Positions 1 to 7,720 of a stretch of DNA of 64,000 nucleotides are shown piece by piece. The stretch's first letter is position 1; every line of letters starts with the position of its first letter. The DNA comes from Bacteroidales bacterium UBA1176 (GTDB taxonomy: Bacteria > Bacteroidota > Bacteroidia > Bacteroidales > WCHB1-69). Position numbers and translations under genes: made by a program. The stretch covers positions 43,227 through 107,226 of the forward strand of contig DBYW01000034.1 of NCBI GenBank assembly GCA_002311645.1, written 5' to 3'. A model generated the notes under the pieces. That model worked only from the letters and a program-made list of their open reading frames with translations. It had not been told where the DNA came from and did no database searches.

Positions 1-1005
1 CTTGAGCTCATAGAGGCAGCGGCCGACGGTGCTCAAAGAGAATTGTGTCTCGGCGATGATATCCCCCGAATTGCAGTTGGGATTATTCTCTATGCAGGAA
101 AGTACCGCCTTGATCTTGTCATCGGAAGGTGTTATGGGTCTCTTCCGTTTGTTTTTTTGACGGGCCGGTTTTCTTTGGGGTTGTTTGCCGCCCGATACCG
201 CACAGTATCTCATAATGCCCTCTTCAACCTTATCGGCAACCTCCTTCTGGTCTTTGGGATCCAACGTGAATGCGGTGGGCGTTTCTTCCCACGGCATTTT
301 TTGCATAATTACCGTTTCTCCCGTACACTTCTTGATGTATCGGAACGGCACCAGCACGGTGGGTGTGATGCGAACAAAATCATCCCCGATGAGTTGCTCC
401 AGATGCTTCATCGAACCCAACCGCGTATATTTTATATTTTGCACCGTATAAATATTCGTAAAGTTCCGTTGTTGGTGACAATAGAAAATGTCATCGATGT
501 TCACCAATTGAATATTGTTGTCCTTATCGGTGACATCCAGCATCCGAACGGTTTGGTAAACAACCTTCACCTCCTTCTCCAATGACTTTTTGAAATGCTG
601 CCGCTCCCTGAGCAGGAATGGGAAGAAATTGAATAAAAGATTACGCCCTGCAATTAATGCCAAGTGCATTGAAAAATAATAGGTGAAACCAACCTCTTGT
701 ATGAGAAAACCATTGCAGAATACTATACTTTTGTAGGCAATGGCTAATTCCAATATACTTGTTATCAAAGCGGTAAAAACCAGTGCCAACCAATAGAGAA
801 CACGTGCACACTTCTGGTAAAGAATAGGATAGAACAGAAAGTAATTAGCATACAGAGACCCTAAAAGCAGAAGTCCGGCAAGAACCTCCTTAAGAGGGCT
901 TCCCGCGTAGGGACGCAGGAATGCATTGCGCGTGAAGAACCAAAGCAACACTGCGCAGAACACGATGTTCAGCAAAATGGAGACGATTGTTCTTGAGTGT
1001 TTCAT
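1..1005 (-). CDS. LytTR-domain DNA-binding membrane protein; C-terminus truncated by the left window edge
   Basis: Absent from the ORF track because no stop lies inside the window. I read all 335 plus-strand triplets from 1 to 1005 and none is TTA/CTA/TCA, so the minus frame is open from the ATG (complement of 1003-1005) to position 1. The translation starts MKHSRTIVSILLNIVFCAVLLWFF... with several hydrophobic helices. It continues VVYQTVRMLDVTDKDNNIQLVNIDDIFYCHQQRNFTNIYTVQNIKYTRLGSMKHLEQLIGDDFVRITPTVLVPFRYIKK, a LytTR-type pattern. It ends with a basic linker (QPQRKPARQKNKRKRP) and an HTH-like tail. Confidence 0.7.
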   Translation of the reverse strand, partial: MKHSRTIVSILLNIVFCAVLLWFFTRNAFLRPYAGSPLKEVLAGLLLLGSLYANYFLFYPILYQKCARVLYWLALVFTALITSILELAIAYKSIVFCNGFLIQEVGFTYYFSMHLALIAGRNLLFNFFPFLLRERQHFKKSLEKEVKVVYQTVRMLDVTDKDNNIQLVNIDDIFYCHQQRNFTNIYTVQNIKYTRLGSMKHLEQLIGDDFVRITPTVLVPFRYIKKCTGETVIMQKMPWEETPTAFTLDPKDQKEVADKVEEGIMRYCAVSGGKQPQRKPARQKNKRKRPITPSDDKIKAVLSCIENNPNCNSGDIIAETQFSLSTVGRCLYELK

Positions 1006-1185
1006 TATCGTTTGTTTTAAATGAAATGAGTGCAAAGATAGTTATTTTTCCAATGCGCAAAAACAGAAAACACACAGAACATCGTAACAACTCTCACAAA
1101 AACCACTTTATTATCTCTCACAAATAAAAATTGAGAGTTTTTTCAATTTATTTATAATCAATATACTAACCATTCTATTTTGAAT

Positions 1186-1233
1186 GGGGGTTCACATTTT
1201 TAAGACAGGGGGTTCACATTTCTGGTGAGAGGT
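1186..1233 (+). promoter_or_regulatory. Direct repeat GGGGGTTCACATTT (starts 1186 and 1208) ending in GGTGAGAGGT; candidate activator or alternative-sigma site
   Basis: The two copies are 22 bp apart. The block TCACATTTCTGGTGAGAGGT (1214-1233) lies exactly 23 nt upstream of a TAnnTTTG box (TATTTTTG, 1257-1264), which is 40 nt before the ATG at 1304. The same block with the same 23-nt spacing recurs at 7607-7626. It sits in the divergent region next to the LytTR gene. Confidence 0.4.
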
Positions 1234-1303
1234 TTTAAAAAATGCCAAACAAATTGTATTTTTGCTGGTAAAAAACAGGTATCAACAATCAAAATAAAAC
1301 AAT

Positions 1304-1801
1304 ATGAAAAAAGTATTGACAATGACACTGCTCGCCATCTTGCTGTTTGGCGCTTGCGAGAAAGAGGACACCTCAAAGACCCGCCACGAACCATCACGCA
1401 ACCGTGTGATTACACTTTATAGCGATGGGAAGCCTGGAAATTCTATTTTTTTACAAATGTGCATAGGACATGACGGAAAAAACTGTAGCGGATGCGTAAT
1501 GTATAATGGGCAGTTGGTTCACGCAAATTGTATGGGGGAAGGGAACTATTGTGTAAGCTCAGCTTCCGTGCAGCTTCAGCAGGCCGGTTACACCATCAAC
1601 GCCGTCACGACCGACACGTTCGACCTCACCTCGGAGGACTTCTTCCTTATGCCCGACCGCTCGTTAGACTACGTGGACGACAAGAACAACCACTACTACC
1701 TGAACATTCCCGCCCAGATGGTCTATCGCGACACCGCCACCCTCCAATTCACCTTCACCGGACTCTTCTTCAGCAACTCGCCGGCGTACGAGAATGATTA
1801 G
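1304..1801 (+). CDS. Small Cys-rich lipoprotein, no family recognised
   Basis: ORF track. MKKVLTMTLLAILLFGAC is a signal peptide plus lipobox Cys. There is a Cys-rich core (CIGHDGKNCSGCVMYNGQLVHANCMGEGNYC). The codon style changes from AT-rich to GC-rich near 1555. Confidence 0.6.
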   Translation: MKKVLTMTLLAILLFGACEKEDTSKTRHEPSRNRVITLYSDGKPGNSIFLQMCIGHDGKNCSGCVMYNGQLVHANCMGEGNYCVSSASVQLQQAGYTINAVTTDTFDLTSEDFFLMPDRSLDYVDDKNNHYYLNIPAQMVYRDTATLQFTFTGLFFSNSPAYEND

Positions 1802-1885
1802 GAGATGTTTTTAAACAAATTCAAAGGCACTGTTTTGGAAAAACAGTATATTTGTCTCGCAAAACAAAAAGAAATGAGTTTCATT

Positions 1886-2380
1886 ATGAAAAAAGCTATC
1901 CAGAAGAATGGAAAAACCCGCACATGGCCTGCTCTGTCGTTGGCCTGCGCCATCATGATGGCGGTCTTGCAGCCCACCGTCGCCCAGAACCCCTACCCAT
2001 CATACGACTTCAAACAGGAAAATCCTGACGGCGATACCCTCTACTATCGAATCACCTCCGCCACATTCCCATATACCGTTGCCGTGACCCGCAGCCACGA
2101 CTCCGCATACCACCTCCTACCGTCGCCTCAACCTTGGGAAGTGGGACAGCCTGGATTCGTGTATCCTGTCTATGATTACGACTCCCTGATCACCATACCC
2201 CCTACTGTAACCCACGAAGGGTTGACATACACTGTAACCTCGATTGACAAAGAGGCCTTTTATATGCAAAAGAACTTGCACACTGTGGTGCTGCCGGCTT
2301 CAATAGAAACAATTGACACAGGGGCCTTTCACCTTTCCACGCTGCATCAGATTGATTTCTGTAATTTTTCCGTCGAATAA
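1886..2380 (+). CDS. BspA-type leucine-rich-repeat surface protein, truncated (possible gene remnant)
   Basis: ORF 1805..2380 with the start moved to MKKAIQKNGKTRTWPALSLACAIMMAVLQPTVAQ (signal peptide). The C-terminal ITIPPTVTHEGLTYTVTSIDKEAFYMQKNLHTVVLPASIETIDTGAFHLSTLHQIDF fits the BspA-like LRR pattern, but only about two repeats precede the stop. An 8-bp stem hairpin (1829-1847) and a TATATTTG box (1847-1854) lie upstream. Confidence 0.5.
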   Translation: MKKAIQKNGKTRTWPALSLACAIMMAVLQPTVAQNPYPSYDFKQENPDGDTLYYRITSATFPYTVAVTRSHDSAYHLLPSPQPWEVGQPGFVYPVYDYDSLITIPPTVTHEGLTYTVTSIDKEAFYMQKNLHTVVLPASIETIDTGAFHLSTLHQIDFCNFSVE

Positions 2381-2522
2381 CATAGCGGTTTGTATTTTTA
2401 TTTTGACGCTACAAATATACAAAAAAATATTGCTATGTTATTCATTTTTAGCAAATTAAATTATATCAAACTCACGTTAAATACGTTATACTGAAATTTT
2501 AATTTTTTGTCATATACTGTAA

Positions 2523-3431
2523 TTGATTATGAAAAAACGAATTATTTTGCCGGCGCCACTATTTTGTCTGTTATTCTTATTGTTGGCCTTGAGCACATCT
2601 ATATACGCACAAGAGCCAACACCTAAAATCAAAATAGGAGATATATCTGTGTTCGAGTCTACAGATTCCATTGTTGGCGAGATCATCCAAGGACATGTTT
2701 CCTTTGACGCTTCCTCAAACACCCTGTTTCTGAACAATGCCACTATATCTTCCAGTCTTTGGGTTTATAATGCCGATACATCCTTCAAGGTTAAACTGTC
2801 AGGCAATAATTCCATTAATGAGATGATATCCTCCAACGCCACCAGTATTTTCTTCGGACCGGGCTCACTGACCCTTGGAAATTCAACGGTTGAGATAGCA
2901 CTTCAATGTGCCAGAACAGATTTCTTGATATTGACAGAAGGAGCCACGTTGGACATTACTGCCTCGGATGCAGGTATTTTTACCCTATACGACTATATTT
3001 GGGATTCGATAGTCCATTATCCTAACCTTGTTATTGACAACAGCGACCTATTTATTTCTGCACCAAACTGTTGCTTGTTTGTTTGGAATTGGTGGTTAAG
3101 CGGATGCCATGTGGTCGAGCCAGTTGATTTTGAATATCAACTTGATACCTGGACTTTTTTATCAACAGGATCCATACATAATTATCTGGAAATCCGCAAA
3201 GGCACAGTCGGTCTTCCCGAGAATGAAGCATTCCGTTTGAAGGCCTGGGGGGTGGAAGGCGGGATTCGTATTGAAGGTTTGGAAGAAGACTATTCTGTCG
3301 AAGTGGTGAATATGCTTGGACAGGTAGTGTATCGTGCCACAGCCCCGGAATCTGCAGTCTTTATCCCTTTAAAGCAAGGTGCTTATGTTGTGCGGGCAGG
3401 CAATAATGCAATAAAGACAGTGGTCAAATAA
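2523..3431 (+). CDS. Secreted protein with T9SS C-terminal sorting domain (type A)
   Basis: Signal peptide MIMKKRIILPAPLFCLLFLLLALSTSIYAQ. The C-terminus YSVEVVNMLGQVVYRATAPESAVFIPLKQGAYVVRAGNNAIKTVVK has the Por-secretion-tail pattern. Confidence 0.7.
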   Translation: MIMKKRIILPAPLFCLLFLLLALSTSIYAQEPTPKIKIGDISVFESTDSIVGEIIQGHVSFDASSNTLFLNNATISSSLWVYNADTSFKVKLSGNNSINEMISSNATSIFFGPGSLTLGNSTVEIALQCARTDFLILTEGATLDITASDAGIFTLYDYIWDSIVHYPNLVIDNSDLFISAPNCCLFVWNWWLSGCHVVEPVDFEYQLDTWTFLSTGSIHNYLEIRKGTVGLPENEAFRLKAWGVEGGIRIEGLEEDYSVEVVNMLGQVVYRATAPESAVFIPLKQGAYVVRAGNNAIKTVVK

Positions 3432-3449
3432 AATACGCATATTTTTTCT

Positions 3450-6400
3450 ATGAATAGATTTTTGTTTTTTATCGGTTTAATAGCGTTGGGTTTGAACGTC
3501 ATGGCGCAGAAACAATATTATTATTATAAAGGCGATACTGTTCACCTGAACGAAAATCCTTTAATCAGGTTTGTCGAAATAAAACAGACGGTTTCTTTGG
3601 AACAAGCCCACTCCTTTCATGAACAACTTGGCAATTATTGTTGGCGGACAGACAAGCACTCATCGTATTTTAACAAATATTATATAAACCAAGACAACTA
3701 TGAAGATTTTCTGCAAACCTGCCTTGATAATAGTTCCATAATAAAACTGCACACACCTAATTACGCGGATGATGACACATCTGCCTTTTACCCAACCAGA
3801 ATGATTTTGGTGAAAACTAAACCTAATGTTGTATTACAGAACGTATTGATACAGAACAGTATTTCTTATTCTAATCTTATCCAAAGCAGATACAATAGTT
3901 TAGAATACATAATTCATCTCAACAAAGACAGTGCATTGTGTTATGCGGCACGTTTATTTGAAACAGGTCTATTTGACTATGCAGAACCAGATTTTATTGG
4001 CATTATAAAACCTTTGGGTTATATTGATAATCCTTTGTTTCAGAATCAATGGGCTATACATGACCCCAACAACAATATGAACATTATGTCAGCTTGGGCA
4101 GTTACAACGGGACATCCGAATGTTAAGATTGCCATTGTTGATGTCGGTGTTGATTTAAGCCATCCTGATTTGATTGACAATTTGTTAGAAGGTTACGATG
4201 CTGTTAATGATACTGCATACCCATCAATTGTCTGCTGTGGAGAATATGAAAATATCCATGATTGGCATGGCACATGCTGTGCGGGTATTGTTGGTGCCGT
4301 AAACAACAATATTGGCATAATCGGTATTGCACACACTTCAAAAATTATTCCTATACGTGAATCTCATCATGTACAAATGTACTTTAAAGATCTTCCGCCT
4401 GATAATCCGACATTGCATTGGATAGAGAAAAGTAGCACTTTTTGGATCGTAGATGCTTTTAATCACGCTTGTTATGAGGATTCTGCAGATATCATCAACT
4501 GTTCCTTTGCTGTGCTAGCTCCTTCAAATGTGATTGAAAATAAAGTGACAGAAATATGTGAACAAGGACGAAACGGGAAAGGATGTATTGTTATAGCTGG
4601 GGCAGGAAATACATATATTGAAAATAGTATTCCTATTTGGGACACACTCGGTTATTTGTCAAGACATCCAAGTGTTATTTCTGTCGGTTCAATCACCCCT
4701 TGTGGAAAGAGAGTGATATATGGAGAACACTGTGATTTTAAATCGACTTATAACAGCTGTTATGGAGACAGCTTGGATGTGGTAGCTCCTGGAATCCATA
4801 TACCAACAACCATGATAGAAGGAGGATATACTGACAATTTTGCAGGTACCTCCTCGGCCACCCCTCATGTTTCAGGAGTTGCTGCCTTAATACTGTCGGT
4901 GAATCCATGTCTGACCCGGGAAGAAGTCAAATACATCATTGAAGCAACCTGCACCAAGATCCGGCAAGATGTTTATACATACAGCAACAATCCAAACCAT
5001 CCCAATGGCACTTGGAACATAGAAGTCGGCCACGGGTTGGTGAATGCCGGGGATGCTGTAGCACTGGCACAGCAGATGGGAGGATACACCTACGTGAAAG
5101 ATACGGTCATTTCATCCTCAGTGTCATGGAATACAAATAGAATGATTAATCAAGACCTGTACATTGACTCCTTGGCAACCCTCACCATAACAGACACATT
5201 GTATGTCGGAAATAACGCCCGCATCGTCGTGCGTCCGGGCGGCAGGCTCGTGGTGGATGGCGGCATACTGACCTCCGCCTGCTCCGACGAGATGTGGCAG
5301 GGCATCTTCGTGGAGGGGCACCGCTCGATGCACCAGACCCCCGAGAATCAGGGCAAGGTGACGCTGCGCAACGGCGCCGTCATCGAGAACGCCCTGTGCG
5401 CCATCCGCACGAGCGCACCCGACGGGGACAGCCTCTCCTCCGGCGGCCTCGTCTTCGCAACGAACTCCACCTTCCGCAACAACTGCAAGTCCGTGGATTT
5501 CCTCCCCTACGCGGACACCATCGGAGACTCCGCCACCATCGGCAACCTCGGCAGCTTCACCCGCTGCACCTTCACCGTGGACGACGACAACCTCTTCGCC
5601 GCCAACGACACTTCGTTCGTCGCCCACGCCACCTTGTGGGACGTGTACGGCGTCTCCTTCTTGGGATGCACGTTCACCAACGCCACCGCCGGCGCCACCG
5701 CCGACAGGGGCTACGCCATCAGGGCCATGGACGCGGGCTTCCACGTGGCGACGCAGTGCGACACCCTTTTCACTGATCCGGAAGAGGCCTGCCAGTGTCC
5801 GGAGAACAAGGCCACATACAGCAGTTTCAGCGGCTTTCAGACGGCCGTACAGGCCGGCACGACGGGCAACGCCTACCCCCTGACGGTCGATGAGGCGCGG
5901 TTCACCAACAACGGCATAGGGGTTTCCGTCGCGGGCAACAACCACGCGACGGTGACCCGCTGCGACTTCGATCTGGACAACTGCCCGGGAGATGTCACGA
6001 AGTGTACGGGACTGCACCTGAACGGCTGCACGGGCTACTTGGTGGAGGAGAACAACTTCCACCGCACCGCCGTGTCGAGCCCGCTGCCCATAGAGGGAAT
6101 ATATGTCGCGAACTCGGGCACAGCGGCGAACACGCTCCACCGCAACAGCTTCTCGCACCTACAGGAAGCCGTTCGGGTGGCCGGGACCAACGGCGGGTAC
6201 CATGACCCCGCAGGACTCGAATTAAGCTGCAACACATTCGAGGGCGACATGTGCGACATATACGTCGCCGTCAACTCGAACATGGCGCGTCAACAGGGCA
6301 GCGCGTCCGTGGGCGCCGACAACAGCTTTGCGGGTACGACCGGCAGCAGCCTGTACAATGCCGGATACCAGACTATAGACTACTATTTCTTTCCCGGCAC

Positions 6401-7394
6401 CAACCACCTGCCCTACACCACCACCAACGTCAACACCAGGAAAAGCCTTGCCGCCAACGCCTGCTTGTCGACGCTGTGCACTCCGGCAAACGTGATTCCG
6501 TCCGGCCCCATCAAGTCGCCGGATGCCGGCTATCTGGCACTGAAGGACCAGTACGACACGTTGCTGTCGGCCTACGAGTCCCGGGGCTATGCCGGGATCC
6601 TGGCCGACCCGTCGGAGGACCTCCATTCCCAAGCGGACATCGTGTCCGCCAGGCACTGTTTCGCCCGGCTTGCCGAGGTCGGACGGGAGTTGTATGCGCA
6701 GTCCTATACGGCTGTCAGACGTCTTCAGGGCGACACGGTCCTGGATTTGCCGGCCTTAAAGAGCTGGTTTGCGGCCACGCCGGGCTTGTCGAGCCGGTAC
6801 TCTTTGGCGGAGACGGAGTTCCTGTCGGGCGAAGACAACACCATGACCCTGCAAGGAGTTCCCGCGCTACTGACGACCCCCGAGGAGCGTGACGAGTACG
6901 ACAACTATATGGCATTCAACGCCCTGAAGGAGGCTTTGTCGGGTTCCATTCCCGGCCACGTAAACTGGCCTGCGGCCACAGAAACGCAGATTACGGAGCT
7001 GCAGCGCATCGCCGAGGCTGGCACTGGCCGCGCCTCCGTGATGGCGCGCGGCGTGCTCTGTTTCTTCTTCGGGATATGCTACGACGACGTGGAGGTAACA
7101 GCCGAAACCCGCCGGGTTGTCGCCAAGGACGGAGAGGGAATCCCTGGATACCCGAACGTATCGATGAAAATCTATCCCAACCCTGCCCGCAACACCCTCC
7201 ACGTGGAGTTTGAGGGCACGGACGACCCGCAGGGCACACTCACCGTCACCAACGTCACAGGTGTGGTGATGCTCACCCGGGAATGCCACGACCCGGTGAC
7301 GAAACTCGACGTGTCGCACCTCGCTTCCGGCCTCTATGTGGTCAGCTTCCGCAACGAGAAGGGCGTGATGGTGAGGAAGTTTGTGAAACTATGA
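3450..7394 (+). CDS. S8 subtilisin-family serine peptidase with beta-helix region and T9SS C-terminal sorting domain
   Basis: Signal peptide, then an I9-like propeptide. Catalytic motifs are IAIVDVGVD (Asp codon 4140-4142), HGTCCAGIVGA (His codon 4266-4268) and GTSSATPHVSGVAAL (Ser codon 4851-4853). The C-terminus KIYPNPARNTLHVEFEG...LASGLYVVSFRNEKGVMVRKFVKL is a T9SS CTD. Confidence 0.9.
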   Translation: MNRFLFFIGLIALGLNVMAQKQYYYYKGDTVHLNENPLIRFVEIKQTVSLEQAHSFHEQLGNYCWRTDKHSSYFNKYYINQDNYEDFLQTCLDNSSIIKLHTPNYADDDTSAFYPTRMILVKTKPNVVLQNVLIQNSISYSNLIQSRYNSLEYIIHLNKDSALCYAARLFETGLFDYAEPDFIGIIKPLGYIDNPLFQNQWAIHDPNNNMNIMSAWAVTTGHPNVKIAIVDVGVDLSHPDLIDNLLEGYDAVNDTAYPSIVCCGEYENIHDWHGTCCAGIVGAVNNNIGIIGIAHTSKIIPIRESHHVQMYFKDLPPDNPTLHWIEKSSTFWIVDAFNHACYEDSADIINCSFAVLAPSNVIENKVTEICEQGRNGKGCIVIAGAGNTYIENSIPIWDTLGYLSRHPSVISVGSITPCGKRVIYGEHCDFKSTYNSCYGDSLDVVAPGIHIPTTMIEGGYTDNFAGTSSATPHVSGVAALILSVNPCLTREEVKYIIEATCTKIRQDVYTYSNNPNHPNGTWNIEVGHGLVNAGDAVALAQQMGGYTYVKDTVISSSVSWNTNRMINQDLYIDSLATLTITDTLYVGNNARIVVRPGGRLVVDGGILTSACSDEMWQGIFVEGHRSMHQTPENQGKVTLRNGAVIENALCAIRTSAPDGDSLSSGGLVFATNSTFRNNCKSVDFLPYADTIGDSATIGNLGSFTRCTFTVDDDNLFAANDTSFVAHATLWDVYGVSFLGCTFTNATAGATADRGYAIRAMDAGFHVATQCDTLFTDPEEACQCPENKATYSSFSGFQTAVQAGTTGNAYPLTVDEARFTNNGIGVSVAGNNHATVTRCDFDLDNCPGDVTKCTGLHLNGCTGYLVEENNFHRTAVSSPLPIEGIYVANSGTAANTLHRNSFSHLQEAVRVAGTNGGYHDPAGLELSCNTFEGDMCDIYVAVNSNMARQQGSASVGADNSFAGTTGSSLYNAGYQTIDYYFFPGTNHLPYTTTNVNTRKSLAANACLSTLCTPANVIPSGPIKSPDAGYLALKDQYDTLLSAYESRGYAGILADPSEDLHSQADIVSARHCFARLAEVGRELYAQSYTAVRRLQGDTVLDLPALKSWFAATPGLSSRYSLAETEFLSGEDNTMTLQGVPALLTTPEERDEYDNYMAFNALKEALSGSIPGHVNWPAATETQITELQRIAEAGTGRASVMARGVLCFFFGICYDDVEVTAETRRVVAKDGEGIPGYPNVSMKIYPNPARNTLHVEFEGTDDPQGTLTVTNVTGVVMLTRECHDPVTKLDVSHLASGLYVVSFRNEKGVMVRKFVKL

Positions 7395-7598
7395 GTCCAT
7401 GCAACAGATGATGGGGCGGGACTGTACGGCATCGGAAAATGCACGTTTGCGAAATTGTTTTATAACATCAAAATCCATGTATGTTCGGTTGTGAGGGATT
7501 AAATTTCAGTTGAGAGGGGATAAAAACGGCCTTCTGGTGAAACCCGCACCACGCTGAATAAATGATTGTTCCAAATAAAATTGCAATTTTCTTGCATT

Positions 7599-7626
7599 GG
7601 GGGGGGTCACATTTTTGGTGAGAGGT
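7599..7626 (+). promoter_or_regulatory. Second copy of the TCACATTTyTGGTGAGAGGT block, preceded by a G8 run
   Basis: GGGGGGGGTCACATTTTTGGTGAGAGGT. The block ends 23 nt upstream of TAATTTTG (7650-7657), the same spacing as at 1233/1257. The ATG of the next gene is at 7721. Confidence 0.4.
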
Positions 7627-7720
7627 GATAAAATGCTATGAAAAAAAAGTAATTTTGCAGTTGCCAAAAGTACTTTTTGGTTTAATTCACTATCTTTGTC
7701 CCACTAAAACACACACCATC

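Noticed and set aside
43-585. Plus-strand ORFs 43..585 (180 aa) and 185..451 in the track
   Set aside because: Their translations are low-complexity and family-less. The opposite strand carries an uninterrupted 335-codon frame with a clear LytTR pattern, so these are shadow ORFs.
5124-7319. Stack of long antisense and alternative-frame ORFs inside the S8 peptidase gene (for example 5124..6158 -, 6251..6892 +, 6867..7319 -)
   Set aside because: The translations are Arg/Gly/Ala/Pro-rich, typical of wrong frames in GC-rich coding DNA. The sense frame has catalytic motifs and a T9SS CTD.
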